Source: Oculina patagonica (taxonomy: Eukaryota). From it: DNA of 64,000 nt. The stretch is from positions 47,678,001 to 47,742,000 of the forward strand of contig NC_135758.1 in the NCBI RefSeq assembly GCF_052425735.1, given 5' to 3'. A model generated the notes under the pieces. That model searched no databases. It was given only the letters and a program-made list of their open reading frames with translations, and was not told where the DNA came from. The translations under genes and the position numbers were made by a program. This document shows, piece by piece, positions 25,952 to 37,736 of the stretch; positions within the stretch are counted from its first letter, which is position 1; the number at the start of each line of letters is the position of its first letter.

Positions 25952-28900
25952 ATGGCCGAAGTACCGCAGTTAGTGAAGGATGCAATTCTAGCAACAAGTG
26001 AACCAATGCCTCCAGGGTCCGAGGAAGTGAAAGGTTATGACTTCAGTAATGGAGTAGATTATCACGCATTACTAGAGTCGTACAGAACCACAGGATTTCA
26101 GGCCAGCAACTTTGGAAAAGCAGTAGCAGAAATTAACAAAATGGTAAAACTTTAGCTTATAGTACGGGCGAGGGTAAGATCTGGTTCAGGTGAAAGCAGC
26201 AGCTGTCTTTCTGCCCGTAATTAAACATTTTTGAGATTATAATCAAGACTGACCGAGAGAACAACAAAGTTATTCAAAATAACATTCGGTTTACAGGTGG
26301 AGAGGGTTGATGGTGTATGGGGAACTGAGGGGGTGGAGGAGGGGAAGAGGTTTACAAAGTAAACACATAAGAGTTAATTTTAGGTGCAACTGTCCAAGGG
26401 CTCACTTGATCCATTTGGTGCAATTAAAGGGTCACATAAAATATCTTAAAGTTTAAGATATTTTATATGACCCTTTAAAATTATAACAGTTTCCCTACCT
26501 TTTCTATACTCTCACTCATCAAATTCCTACCCTTTTAGAGGGGGGCGTAAGGGTTTGCGGTGATGCAGTTTTGCTTCATTTTTCGTGCAGTTTTTGCAGT
26601 AATTTTTATTAAACCTGCTGTATCGCGGTTTTACAAGACTACGCAATGTGCGGATACTACAAATTCTAGGTTGCGACAGTCGGTTTCCACTTTTTACATT
26701 TGGTTGTTTTGCTTCATTTAAACAAGCTTGAGCCAAGTGTTTGTTTTACAGCGTATCGGCTTACACAATCAGGGTTTGTTATTAAGCAAATTTGCCCTGT
26801 GGTTTGTATTTGCAGCCTCTTCCAGTAAATACTTGAAGTGTTTCTGTTTTATCCAACGATGCGTTGATTTGATAACATTTCAGACCAGATCTTGTTGGTC
26901 ATTTGAAACTGCGGTTTCAGTATTTTGGAAAAATTTTGATACGGTTTGCAGTTTATTGCGTATTTCTGTGCGGTCTTGCGGTTTTCAGATCCCCCTTACC
27001 CCCCTCCTTTTATATGCCTCTAGCCTGAGAAAGGTACACCTATTGAGCAGGGCTTCCTGGTGTTGTCCATTATATGGAGTACCTTTTGCTTTGGCCCCAG
27101 GTGCTTTGGTTAAATCAGAAAATATATCAACTGTTAGGTTGTACACATGCTGATAAGACTTGAATCAGACTTTAACTTGTGAATCAGGGCATTTTTAAGC
27201 AAGTATGTGTTTTGGTTCAGTTTTATCTTTGGTACAAATTAGTATTTGTTTGATAAGGATTACCACTCACATACACAAATCGCCCTCAAATGGGTGAGAC
27301 ATGGAGAAGAACAGTGGAAAAGGGGCTGAAGGAGAATGGATCATGAACCTAGGCAGAGGCAGCATCGGCTGCAGAAGATAGAACAGCCTGGAGGCAGAGG
27401 GCCTTCAGCCCAATTTTCCACCAGGAAAATGATTAAATGATGATGATGACAATCTGGTATTTTCTTTTGTTTTATATTCATTATCGTATATTACCATAAA
27501 CCAAAACAAAGGAAACACCAAATTGTATCAATGGTAAAAAAGAACCATAACATACGGGTATATATAAAAATGTAGACTGTGCACAGATACCATGGCCTTA
27601 TGCAGCTGGCATGAAGGGGAAGAATGATAATAATGATGATGACGATGACGATGATAATAATGACACACAGACTGTTTTGACAGAATAAATGAAATTATTT
27701 TTAAGTAATGTTTAATAAATGAGCAGCAGTGTTTTATCAAGTTTAAAACACGAGGCGCAGTCGAGTGTTTTAGACTTGATAAAACACGAACTGCGAATTT
27801 ATTGAACGGCTTAAAAATCTTCTGATGTAGATCAACTCATTCTTGTACTAATATTTAGATTTGGGGTTATTTTGACCTAGAAAATTGGACGTAAAGTTTA
27901 GCCGTGTCTTTATCAGATATAAAGACACTCATTAAACATTAATTTCTTTTGTATTTTCTTTATGAATTATTAATGAGTTTTTTAATTATTACAGATTGAT
28001 TTGCTGTGCAGTCAATCTGGGGAACAAGCTTGCTGCACAGCAAAGTGCTTGTCAGTTTTGTAGTAATCTTATCATTTAGTTTTTTTTCCCTTTTTTGTTG
28101 TATCATTTAGATAAAAAAGAAGTTAGAGCCTCTTCCAGAACCTGAAGATGGTATAAATAGTAATTATCTTGATCCTGGTCAGCGACCAATCGACAACTGT
28201 ACGATATTCTTAGGATTTACATCTAATATGATTTCAAGTGGTGTACGTGAAACAATTAAATACCTGGTCAAGAATAATATGGTAGGTAAGCAAATTATGC
28301 TGTTAAGGTTATATTTAATATTTAAGAGGCTGTCTTTCTTTAAAACAGAAAGAGAGACTCTGGCAACTGAAAGACTTTACTGATGCTGGAACTAAAACAG
28401 ATTTGATTTGATTCAAAATGATTTTTAGGCTGCGTTAGGAGCCATCAAATATTTGGCCCCTTCGGGACCCGCCACAACGTAGAAAATAGGCATTTTTTGA
28501 GCCCCTGTCAAATATTTCATTCGCATCGAACACCGACAATTTTAAAATCAATTTGTTCATAAACATTTCTAGTTTTCTAAGAGTGTAGCAACTTTTCCCT
28601 CGATTTATCTAGAAACGCGAAATCAACAATATAATGACCACTACTGATTGGCATCGAACGAAGGTTGAAAAATGGCCTTGATTTAGATTGAAGTGAATAT
28701 TTATTTCAATTTCGGGACCTAGCTGATAATTTTACTATACACAGCCGAAAAGTGTAGTCCTTTATCTGCTAAAATATGCAAAATCAAATGCACGTTTTCA
28801 GTATCAGCCTGGTATCAGCTCGTGTGAGTAATAACAGCATTTCCACTTATATTGTCATCATTACTCGCACATGTGCTGATGCAAACGGTCATAAGCGATT

Positions 28901-31593
28901 GAGATTTAACATCTAAGTGAATCTTTCAGGTTGACTGTATAGCTACAACAGCTGGAGGTATTGAAGAGGACCTTATAAAATGTATGGCTCCTTCGTATCT
29001 TGGTGATTTTTCGTTACGCGGTGCTGAACTGAGAAAAAAGGGAATCAACAGAATTGGTAACTTGCTTGTACCAAACAATAATTACTGTAGATTAGAGGAG
29101 TGGATTCTACCTGTTTGGGATAAAATGCTGGAAGAGCAAAAAACACAGGTACCTAAAATCTGCGATCTTTTATTACAAAGGAAAGTTTCTAAATAAGCTT
29201 TAACCTAGCCATATTCTCAAAACTTAGTTGTGAGAATTCAAAGGCTTATGTAAACAAGACATTATATCCTCTAGTACATGTGGATGATTGTCTAAACTTC
29301 CTTCTTACCTCTTTGTTAGACATGGACATAAAATTTTTAACGAAAAATATAATCTGGACCACACTTGGGGATTAATAAATCTAAACTCTCAATGTAGTTA
29401 GTTATTTAATTTTCCAAACTCAAGTTTAACCCTTTACCCCCTAAAGCAAATGGCCTTTTTTTCGTAAATTAAAAAATATAAACCTGATATCCATATATGA
29501 TACACCATTTGAAAGTTCTTGATCAGAAAATTTCATAAAACGCTTGAACAAATAAGAAAGAAGTTACAGTTTTGAAAGAAGTTGGTTGAAACATTAAAAA
29601 TAAAAAGATTTAAAAAATTGTATATACCGGTAGTATATAGTAGGTATACCCCTAAACTATAGCTTATTGTGCAGCTCTCAGTTTACTGGTAAATTTCAGT
29701 AATGATGTTGCATGTCACTTATGTGTCAGGCAAAAAAGTTGCAAAAGTTATTGGGGTGGTCAATCACGTTACAAATAGGGGGGAGGTACAATTTTATGCT
29801 TTCAACATGCAGATTTTTTGAGACAAGTGTGGTGTCAAAAATTTAAATAAATTGGACAAATATTGACCAATTTATGGCACTATGTGCCAATTGGCACTCT
29901 TAGGGGTTAAAGGGTAAGGTAAGAATATAAAAACATAAAAATATAACATCTTCTCATCAAGTAGCAGTGGCAGATCTAGGGGAGGGGCCCAGGGGACCTG
30001 GGCCCCTGCCTTATTTTTTGGGCAAATAGAGGCCCTAAGGGCCGAGAAAAATTATTTTCGAGAGTGGGCCCCCTCCTTATCCCAGGCCCTGGATGATTGG
30101 GCCCCTCACTTAGCTGAAGGTCTGGATCCGCTATTGATTAGAAGTAGTACACATGTACAGCTGTAGTAGGCAACATAATGGGAGCAGTAGACATCAAGCA
30201 CCAGGTCTTCTTGTTTCGCTAGTAGGGCTGGGCTTAAAACAAGCGTCAAGTGGTTTTTCTTGCTGGACAAGTAACTTTTCATGCTTACTATGCAAGTTGT
30301 ATGCTGACAAACTGTAAAAAAATAAACTAAGAATGGCATGCAACTGCCCCAGGCAAGCAAATAATTTTATTTTTAGAGCTGTTGGTCAGAGCAGTGATAA
30401 TCATGCTTCATTTCCAAGATTAGGATAATCTACTAAAATGCAAGTTTGTGTGGCTTACTGCATGTATTCTGTTTATTGTCAGGGAATAAAGTGGACTCCA
30501 TCTCAAGTTATTGCAAGGTTAGGAAAAGAAATAAATCACCCTGACTCAGTTTGCTACTGGGCCTATAAGGTATGAATTTATTAATATTCTGTTGACCAGT
30601 GAGATATATTTGGTTATTGACCACCTGAGGGGTGAAGATGGCTGCATATTCGTCAAGTTTTTTTTCTGTATTTATGGACTGAGACACAGCCTAGGACTAT
30701 AAATCACACAGGAAAAGAAAACAGGGCCAATGTCCAGCCACCTTCACTGAACAAGCTTGGTCAATAAAGGATTTACTACATAGTATAAAGAACACCCTTT
30801 TTCTTGCAGAATGCACTGGGCAATCCCCAACAGGATATCTTGAACCAAAAGTTGTCTCCCTTCCCTCAGTCTAACACTTCAATTTACCTCCGATTTCTCA
30901 AACTCCCTGATTTCTTTTCTGAACCAATTTTCTTTTCCCTTGGAGGCTCAAGAAATCAGGATTCTAATGTACTTTCAAACTTGCTTATTACATTATCATC
31001 CTTCTTCTCCTCCTCGTCATCATTATCATCACCATCTTCATGGATTCTTTCCACTCTCACTCTGTCCTCCACCTTACATGGGTCTGTGCTTTGGTTTGCT
31101 CTGTCCCAGGTGTGGCTTTCACTCTTCAGCACCCACTGGATATACTACTTCCAGTTGTTAGTAACAGACAACCCTCCCTTTAGAACACAGAGGAAGGCAG
31201 TTATGCTAAAATTGTAGTAGTTCATCAGACAATATGGTGCTGTAAAAAATAATTTCTTTTTATTAGCTAGTTTAAGACACTCTCACATACTCACTCAGGC
31301 CCTTAGTCCTGGGTGGAGCATGGGCTGTTGATGACTTCTCTCAATTTGATTCTGTCTTGGGCTAGTTAAATGACCCTTTGCCCACCTCACCCCCACTAAG
31401 CCCCGTCTTTTGTGTTGGAACTAATGTCTTCATTGACTGTTCCCGTTTTCTCAACAGAATAACATTCCCATATTTAGTCCTGCCCTTACTGATGGTGCAC
31501 TGGGGGATACATTATACTTTCATTCTTACAAGAATCCTGGTTTAGTAATTGATATTGTAGAAGGTAAATATATCCATCACCAATTTTAAATTT

Positions 31594-31630
<37 letters not shown>

Positions 31631-33220
31631 ACTGATAAATAAATGTGATATATCCATCACCATACTGAGAGTATTCATCATACTGACGCGTGATATGGCT
31701 GAGAAACATTGGATTGGTATTCATCAGAATATACCAATTCAAAGAGAAAGCACAATGTCTTCTTGTTTGCATCGTAATGTGTACACTATAGTTCAGAAGC
31801 TAGACTGCATGCATAGTCTTTACTTTCAATTGTTGTTTAATTGTGTGCAGTGCTGGTAGTGTGATAGAGGTTTCTTGAAATATATTTTTTTCCTTTTTCA
31901 TTTCAGATATTAGAAAAATGAACAATATATCAGTGTATGCTAAACATACTGGAATGATAATTATAGGAGGAGGTCTTATAAAACATCATATATGTAATGC
32001 CAACTTAATGGTAAGTACTGATTCCTAAAAATTGTAGTTTAAAAAGAAAGTATTTCATGTATGTTAATGGTGCTGTGAGATCTTGAACTTTACTGTCCCT
32101 CATGAGCTTACCTCCTTTACCCTACCCTACTCTACCCAACCCCTCCCTACCCTTCCCTACCCTACTCTACTCCCAACCCCCTCCCTACCCTTCCCTACCC
32201 TACTCTACCCAACCCCTCCCTACCCTTCCCTACCCTACTCTACCCAACCCCCTCCCTACCCTTCCCTACCCTACTCTACCCAACCCCTCCCTACCCTTCC
32301 CTACCCTACTCTACCCAACCCCCTCCCTACCCTACCCTACCCTACTCTACCCAACCCCCTCCCTACCCTTCCCTACCCTACTCTACTCCCAACTCTACCT
32401 ACCCACCACCTACCCTACCCTGATTGATTGTTTGTTTGTTTGTTTTCATAGCGTAATGGAGCCGATTTCTCCGTGTTTGTGAACACTGGGCAGGAATTTG
32501 ATGGCAGTGACTCGGGAGCAAGACCTGATGAGGCTGTGTCCTGGGGAAAAATCAAAATGACCGCTTCACCAGTAAAGGTGAGGAATGTAAAACAATACAA
32601 AGTAGAAACATAAGAACTTACAAAGTTTCTTCATGAAATGTGTTGGCAAGAAAAAAAAACTGTGAATACCTTATTGTTACTTATTTTCGCGGGAACTTAA
32701 TTTCGCGATTTCGCGATTTTTTGAAAATCGCGAAAATCGCAAAAATTAAGTCCCGCGAAAATAAGTAACAATAAGGTAAGTAGTGATTCAAATATTAGCT
32801 TATACGGGCTACAATCCTGATAATTGAAACGTATCAGCCTTTTAGTACCCCATCTCCTTTTCAGTGTTGTTCGAGTACGGGGATAAAGCAACACAAACGC
32901 CCAAGATGGTCAGTGGTTATGGTCAGTTCATTATCGAGACAAGTTCGCAAACTGGCTAATGTTATCCCACAACAACATCTCTCCCCCCCCGGTCCCACCC
33001 CTCCGACCCACTCTCTCAGAAAAACCAGTCGCTTTGACTTTGGTCTGAACACAGACTCGCAATTACGGACAGGTTGATAATCAGACAAAAAAGTGAACTG
33101 AACCATTCCGCACCGATGCTGACATAGTTGTTTATGTTTTAGGTGTACGCTGATGCCTCTCTTGTTTTTCCGCTCCTGGTAGCCGAGACCTTTGCGCGGA
33201 ATTTCAAAATAAACAGCTAG
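25952..33220 (+). CDS. DHPS: Deoxyhypusine synthase (8 exons)
   Basis: Exons 25952-26143, 28111-28281, 28930-29148, 30483-30569, 31458-31563, 31907-32010, 32452-32577, 33143-33220. Motifs [78 protein letters not shown] (catalytic Lys retained). Confidence 0.98.
26538..27007. mobile_element. MITE with GCGGTTT subterminal repeats
   Basis: GAGGGGGGCGTAAGGG ... CCCCTTACCCCCCTC termini. Confidence 0.65.
27280..27450 (+). mobile_element. RTE-clade LINE 3' fragment
   Basis: Degenerate [12 protein letters not shown]....[13 protein letters not shown] followed by a (GAT)n tail. Similar minus-strand tails at ~30990-31170 and ~31290-31440. Confidence 0.65.
29427..29917. mobile_element. piggyBac-type MITE (TTAA-CCCTTTA termini)
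   Basis: TTAACCCTTTACCCC ... GGGGTTAAAGGGTAA. The internal part is shared in reverse orientation with ~14850-15080, which has a TAAAGGGTTAA end at ~15441-15451. Confidence 0.7.
29965..30136. mobile_element. hAT-like GC-rich MITE
   Basis: CAGTGGCAGATCTAG ... CTGGATCCGCTATTG with GGGCCC repeats. Confidence 0.7.
32108..32420 (+). repeat. C-rich minisatellite (~35-36-bp unit built from CCCTA-like pentamers)
   Basis: Tandem CCCTACTCTACCCAACCCCCTCCCTACCCTTCCCTA in DHPS intron 6. Confidence 0.92.
32669..32776. mobile_element. Palindromic TA-flanked MITE
   Basis: CCTTATTGTTACTTATTTTCGCGGGA ... TCCCGCGAAAATAAGTAACAATAAGG. A diverged copy lies at ~63490-63701. Confidence 0.85.
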
Positions 33221-35288
33221 AAAGTAAGCAACGAAGCCCTTTTCTTAGCGCAAATAGTCGCCTCTAGAAAGTGTTCCTTTATCGTTTGTCAATCAAGTGT
33301 TTCAAGATGGCTGGACTTGGATTAGCCGGGGACAAGATAGATGAAGGACATTTTTAAATATGTACAAGGGACATCCACATGCTGTCATTTCAAATCTACG
33401 CATTAAAGTGTTAATAAAAGCATGCAGTCAGAAACGTTTTTATACGAAATTTTAATATACACATGATCTTGTATGTGACAAGAATTTGACAAAACCACTG
33501 TGACAGCAATATATGCAAACCTTAGGTTCTTGGTGCAATTAACAAGAAATGCCGCGAAGGATAAATCGTAATTTCACAGTGCGGCCAGTGCCACCTTAAT
33601 ATTCGATGAATTTTTGAAAATTTAAAGTAGCACTGATGGTATTGCGTACAGCCTGTTAAATCTTGTAAAATGTTTTATCGGAACTTGCTAATAAAATCCT
33701 CCGATAAGAATTGGCATTGTTGGTAGTCGTTCTTGTTTTATTAGTTCAAAGCAAACATAAAATACATCATTATTGTTTTGCAATTTAGATTTTGAATTTC
33801 CACTGAACTATGAAGCTACTGGGAGTTGAGCCCATGGCGCGACATATCTCAAGAAATCTTAATCATTCTTTTGCCTGCAGTTCATTTATTATATTCATAT
33901 TCGTATACAGTATTTATTTATTTCATACGTTTCCAGGTATAAATAAAGTGCTTGCGTAATTGATCAACTTTGGAGTTTAAATCCTGTGGAACTTTAAATT
34001 TTAGAGGTCTCTTCCCCAAATGCTGCATTTAACCAGGAAGATCTCTTCTGCCGTTTAAAATTTCACCTTTTTAATGACGTATACAAGTCAATAAATGATA
34101 TGTGTATTTAGACAGGTTTCTGTTCTGTGGTAAACATTCTTGATTAAAAATTTGTTCGTAGACAAGCTCGTTTAAAGATGAATATTACTCAATGTTAGAA
34201 CTTGAAAAAATTAAGAATTTTACAAATCGAGAGGGAAAACAATCTGTTCTGAATGTGATGGAGCTGGGATCGAGAAGATGTTAAAAATGATAGCATCTGT
34301 GTAATTTAAGTTTTACAGAAACTCATGAGAGTTGAAAACCCTTATGGGTTTCTGATTTTTATCAATTAACGAAGGAACAAGGAGCTTAATATCGCTTCGA
34401 ATTCTTGTCCTTCGTATTTTATATTAAATTTGTGTCGTATCTCAGGGTAGAGTTATGAGAAAAGCTATAACACAAGTCCGTCAAGTGTAAAGTAGTTGTC
34501 ATTGGCTGAGGTGATGACATGACATGTGATTAATTAGTTTCGCGAGATCGTTTTGTGTTTATCATCTGAGCAGATGACCACTTGTTGTGCATTATCCACG
34601 TAATGTATTGTTGAACTCATGCCCTAAACATTCCTGTCACGAAGAACAGTTACCTAGATCGCAAATCCAACTGGACTGCTTTTACAAAGTTCTCCTGACC
34701 AAATCCCTCAGGTAAGCTACTTGCAGTTAAATATTGCTATACTCTTTGGCCATGTTTACACTGAATAGCCCAGCTAATAACTTGAAAGCGGGAGAGGAAC
34801 CCTTCCGCAAAGCTTTTTATTTGCCTGCATTAGCATTTTTCTTGCTGTCCGTATTTTGTTGTTGTTCGAATTCAGTATTATGTATTGTACAATGAATCGC
34901 TAACCTGATAAAATATCGCTTATCTATAACACACGTTGGACGATTGCAATTGGTCAAGAAAGCTTTTGGTGAATAGGTTTTTGTGAGTGGTTTTACATTT
35001 TGGTTAAAGACTTTAATACCGCCTGAACTTGATATGAGAGCATAACAGTGTGAAATGACACAAGCCTTTTAGACCACGCAGGTTATGAATTAATTCCAAC
35101 TTTGCAGCACGTTCAGGGTTCGAGGCGTTTTGGTTTTGCAGATTAATTGCCACGGCCTGTATTTTTAGACAAAGAAATTACAGTTGTTTTTTGCCCCGTG
35201 TTTGTGGATATATTATTTTCTTTGTCTAGCCAGTGTACAGCCACCCGTTCACTCTCCTCAAAGAAAACGAATGGCGCTCAGCCTCACT

Positions 35289-35448
35289 TAGCCTGCGTGG
35301 CCGGCGTTCAAAGGGGAGTTCGAGCGCGAAGCGCAAGGTGTTCCCCCTTCCCCGATCGCGCTTCGCGCTCTCTTCTAGTTCTCGCACCTCGCGCTTCGCG
35401 CTCGAACTCCCCTTCTCCTTCCCCTTTGAACGCCGGCCACGCAGGCTA
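35289..35448. mobile_element. TAGCCTG...CAGGCTA MITE with perfect 9-bp TSD
   Basis: TIR TAGCCTGCGTGGCCGGCGTTCAAAGGGG, TSD AGCCTCACT. Confidence 0.9.
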
Positions 35449-36665
35449 AGCCTCACTAAAATAGAATTTACATCTTTTAGATTCACAGATAGATTTTATT
35501 TCAACTACACATTTTCCTCTCCCTATTTTTAAATAAGCAACAGGCTATAACAATATTGGAAATGTAAGGGGGGAAATTAGCAGAGCAAGTCGGCGTTTTA
35601 AAAAGGATTGCAAAGCGAGCAAGTTCCTGGTTACCATTTAAAAAACGTAAAACCATCAGTTGCAACAATTTTCCCCACAACTATTGAATATTTCGTGTAT
35701 TAATAATAAATACAACTATCCTTTCAGCGACTGTTTTTCAATTTAAAAAATGAAAAACGCTTTCTTTGGACAGGAAGTTATTTTCAAGGTTGACTTCTTC
35801 TGCGCGGAACTTGGATGTTTTCCTGTGACGTTCATGTCGCCATGGTGACCTGGGCGAAATTCAATCACCTTCCCAAAAGAAAAGATCGACATTTCATGAT
35901 TTGAGGTCCCTAAACAGAAGGAATTTTTAAATTGACTGATTCCTTGGAGTTTCAACTAAAATGCATGTTAAATTCATTATCGCTTTATAAACCGTTTCAG
36001 TTTGAAATTATATAGACGTGGTTTGAATAGTGTTATTGCAAACATTTTTCTCGCTGTCGAATCAGATAGGCATATCATTATTAAGAGTTGTTATTAGTTC
36101 CTTCAAAAACTAAACCAAATACATCACTGGCAATGAAAACATGATTAGTGAATTGTCAGTAAACTTTACTCACGCTGTGAAGATTAAATCATTATTGATT
36201 CATTATTACGAGTTTTATTTTCTTTTGGTTTTATCTGATGTTGTCGGTGACAAAATGGTAATTAATTGTTGCTTGAAAATGTCCAGCGAAATTACGTATT
36301 GGCGCCCGAATTTCAAGTTACACCTGCCAGAATTAATTCCACCACTTTAGGCGTTGATCCAGGAGTGGTTATTTCTTTAATGCACGCAACGTTTGTAATA
36401 TTATAAGTTTAACTGACTTTTTATGCGATCTTTCCGGACTGTAAATAATTAATCAGTATTAAATTGGTTATCAGTATAGTACGTCAGCTATACTTCAGTT
36501 GAAAAGCACTTAACTGATCGAATGCAAATTGGGTAGGGTATTTTATTTATGAAATATAGCTTCAGGCATCACAACAGAATTTTTAAGTGGCAAAGACGCC
36601 TGTTGTGTTCTAACGAACTGTTTTAAACTTAAATATAGGTGACTTGCCATCTAAAGAAGGACAAA

Positions 36666-37736
36666 ATGAACTTGTTTAACAATAGTACCATCACAAATGA
36701 AACGGCTCCCGTTGGTGTGGAACAGTACGAAGAATCTAAAGGTCTTCGCATTTTTCGCCTTGTTCTTTTCTCGGTGATAATCTTGGCCAGTGTGGTCGGC
36801 AACTCGATGGTTTGTTATGCTGTGTGGAGCATACCTTCCCGGAAGCCTTTCTCGTATTATCTCGTCGCAAACATGGCTTTAGCAGAAATCTTGAGCAGCG
36901 TATGTTTGGCAGTCATGCAAACGAACTTAGAAAACAACAGTTTACTCGCTCATGCCAGGTGCAGTGTAAACCCTTTTCAAGTCCTCGCAATCCTAGTGGT
37001 GACATACTCACTGTCCGCGATAGCTTTCTATCGCTACAGAGTCATGGCTGACCCGATTTCACGATTGCTTTCAACCAGGATAAAACTTCTGGCGATTTTT
37101 GGGGTGTGGTTGGTGTCACTGGCCATCTCTTTCCCCGTGTTCATAGGGCTCAAGTTTGAAGATGGCCGATGCAAGGAACTCCCTGTCGCAAGCAACGACG
37201 CATATGTCCTGATCAAATTTATCCTAAATTATGCCGTGCCTTATGTTATAATGTTGGCGTCTTACGGAGCAGTGGCGTGGAATTTAAGAAAGCGAATTGT
37301 AGAGAAAACAGTACAGGCTCGAAACTCTATGGTCCCGTCTTCGTGCATTATCGAAGCTGAAGACCAAATCGAACTCCAAGACTTGGCAAGAAAGGCAGAT
37401 GAAGCTGCTCGCTTCAGAGAACAGAGACAACCGCTGACTGAGGAGAAAAACCGCAGAGGTAGCAGGCCCGAAAACTTAGATCTGGAAAGAGATTTAATTA
37501 AGATGATATTCGTGCTTATTCTTGTATTTGTGGTTTGTTATTTTCCATATCAAGCCATGTTTTTGTGGACAAGGATTTATAACATTAAAACGTATCAATT
37601 TCGGTATCATGCCCTTTTGATAAAGTATGTGTTTATTTTAATTTGCCTTCCTGGGGCTCTGCACCCTTTGTGTTACGGAACAATGAACAGTTTTTACGCC
37701 AAGGCATTTTCAAAAATTGTTCTCTGTAGAAAATAA
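36666..37736 (+). CDS. Rhodopsin-family (class A) GPCR, peptide-receptor-like, intronless CDS
   Basis: Seven hydrophobic segments, N-terminal N-glycosylation sequons, TM1 GN, TM3 YRY, TM4 W, TM6 CYFP, TM7 HPLCY. First ATG at 36666. An acceptor just upstream (~36638) and a candidate 5'UTR donor near 34711 suggest a 5'UTR intron. Confidence 0.92.
   Translation: MNLFNNSTITNETAPVGVEQYEESKGLRIFRLVLFSVIILASVVGNSMVCYAVWSIPSRKPFSYYLVANMALAEILSSVCLAVMQTNLENNSLLAHARCSVNPFQVLAILVVTYSLSAIAFYRYRVMADPISRLLSTRIKLLAIFGVWLVSLAISFPVFIGLKFEDGRCKELPVASNDAYVLIKFILNYAVPYVIMLASYGAVAWNLRKRIVEKTVQARNSMVPSSCIIEAEDQIELQDLARKADEAARFREQRQPLTEEKNRRGSRPENLDLERDLIKMIFVLILVFVVCYFPYQAMFLWTRIYNIKTYQFRYHALLIKYVFILICLPGALHPLCYGTMNSFYAKAFSKIVLCRK

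Noticed and set aside
32083-32482. Pro/Thr/Leu/Tyr repeat ORFs resembling extensins
   Set aside because: Artefact of the intronic C-rich minisatellite within DHPS.
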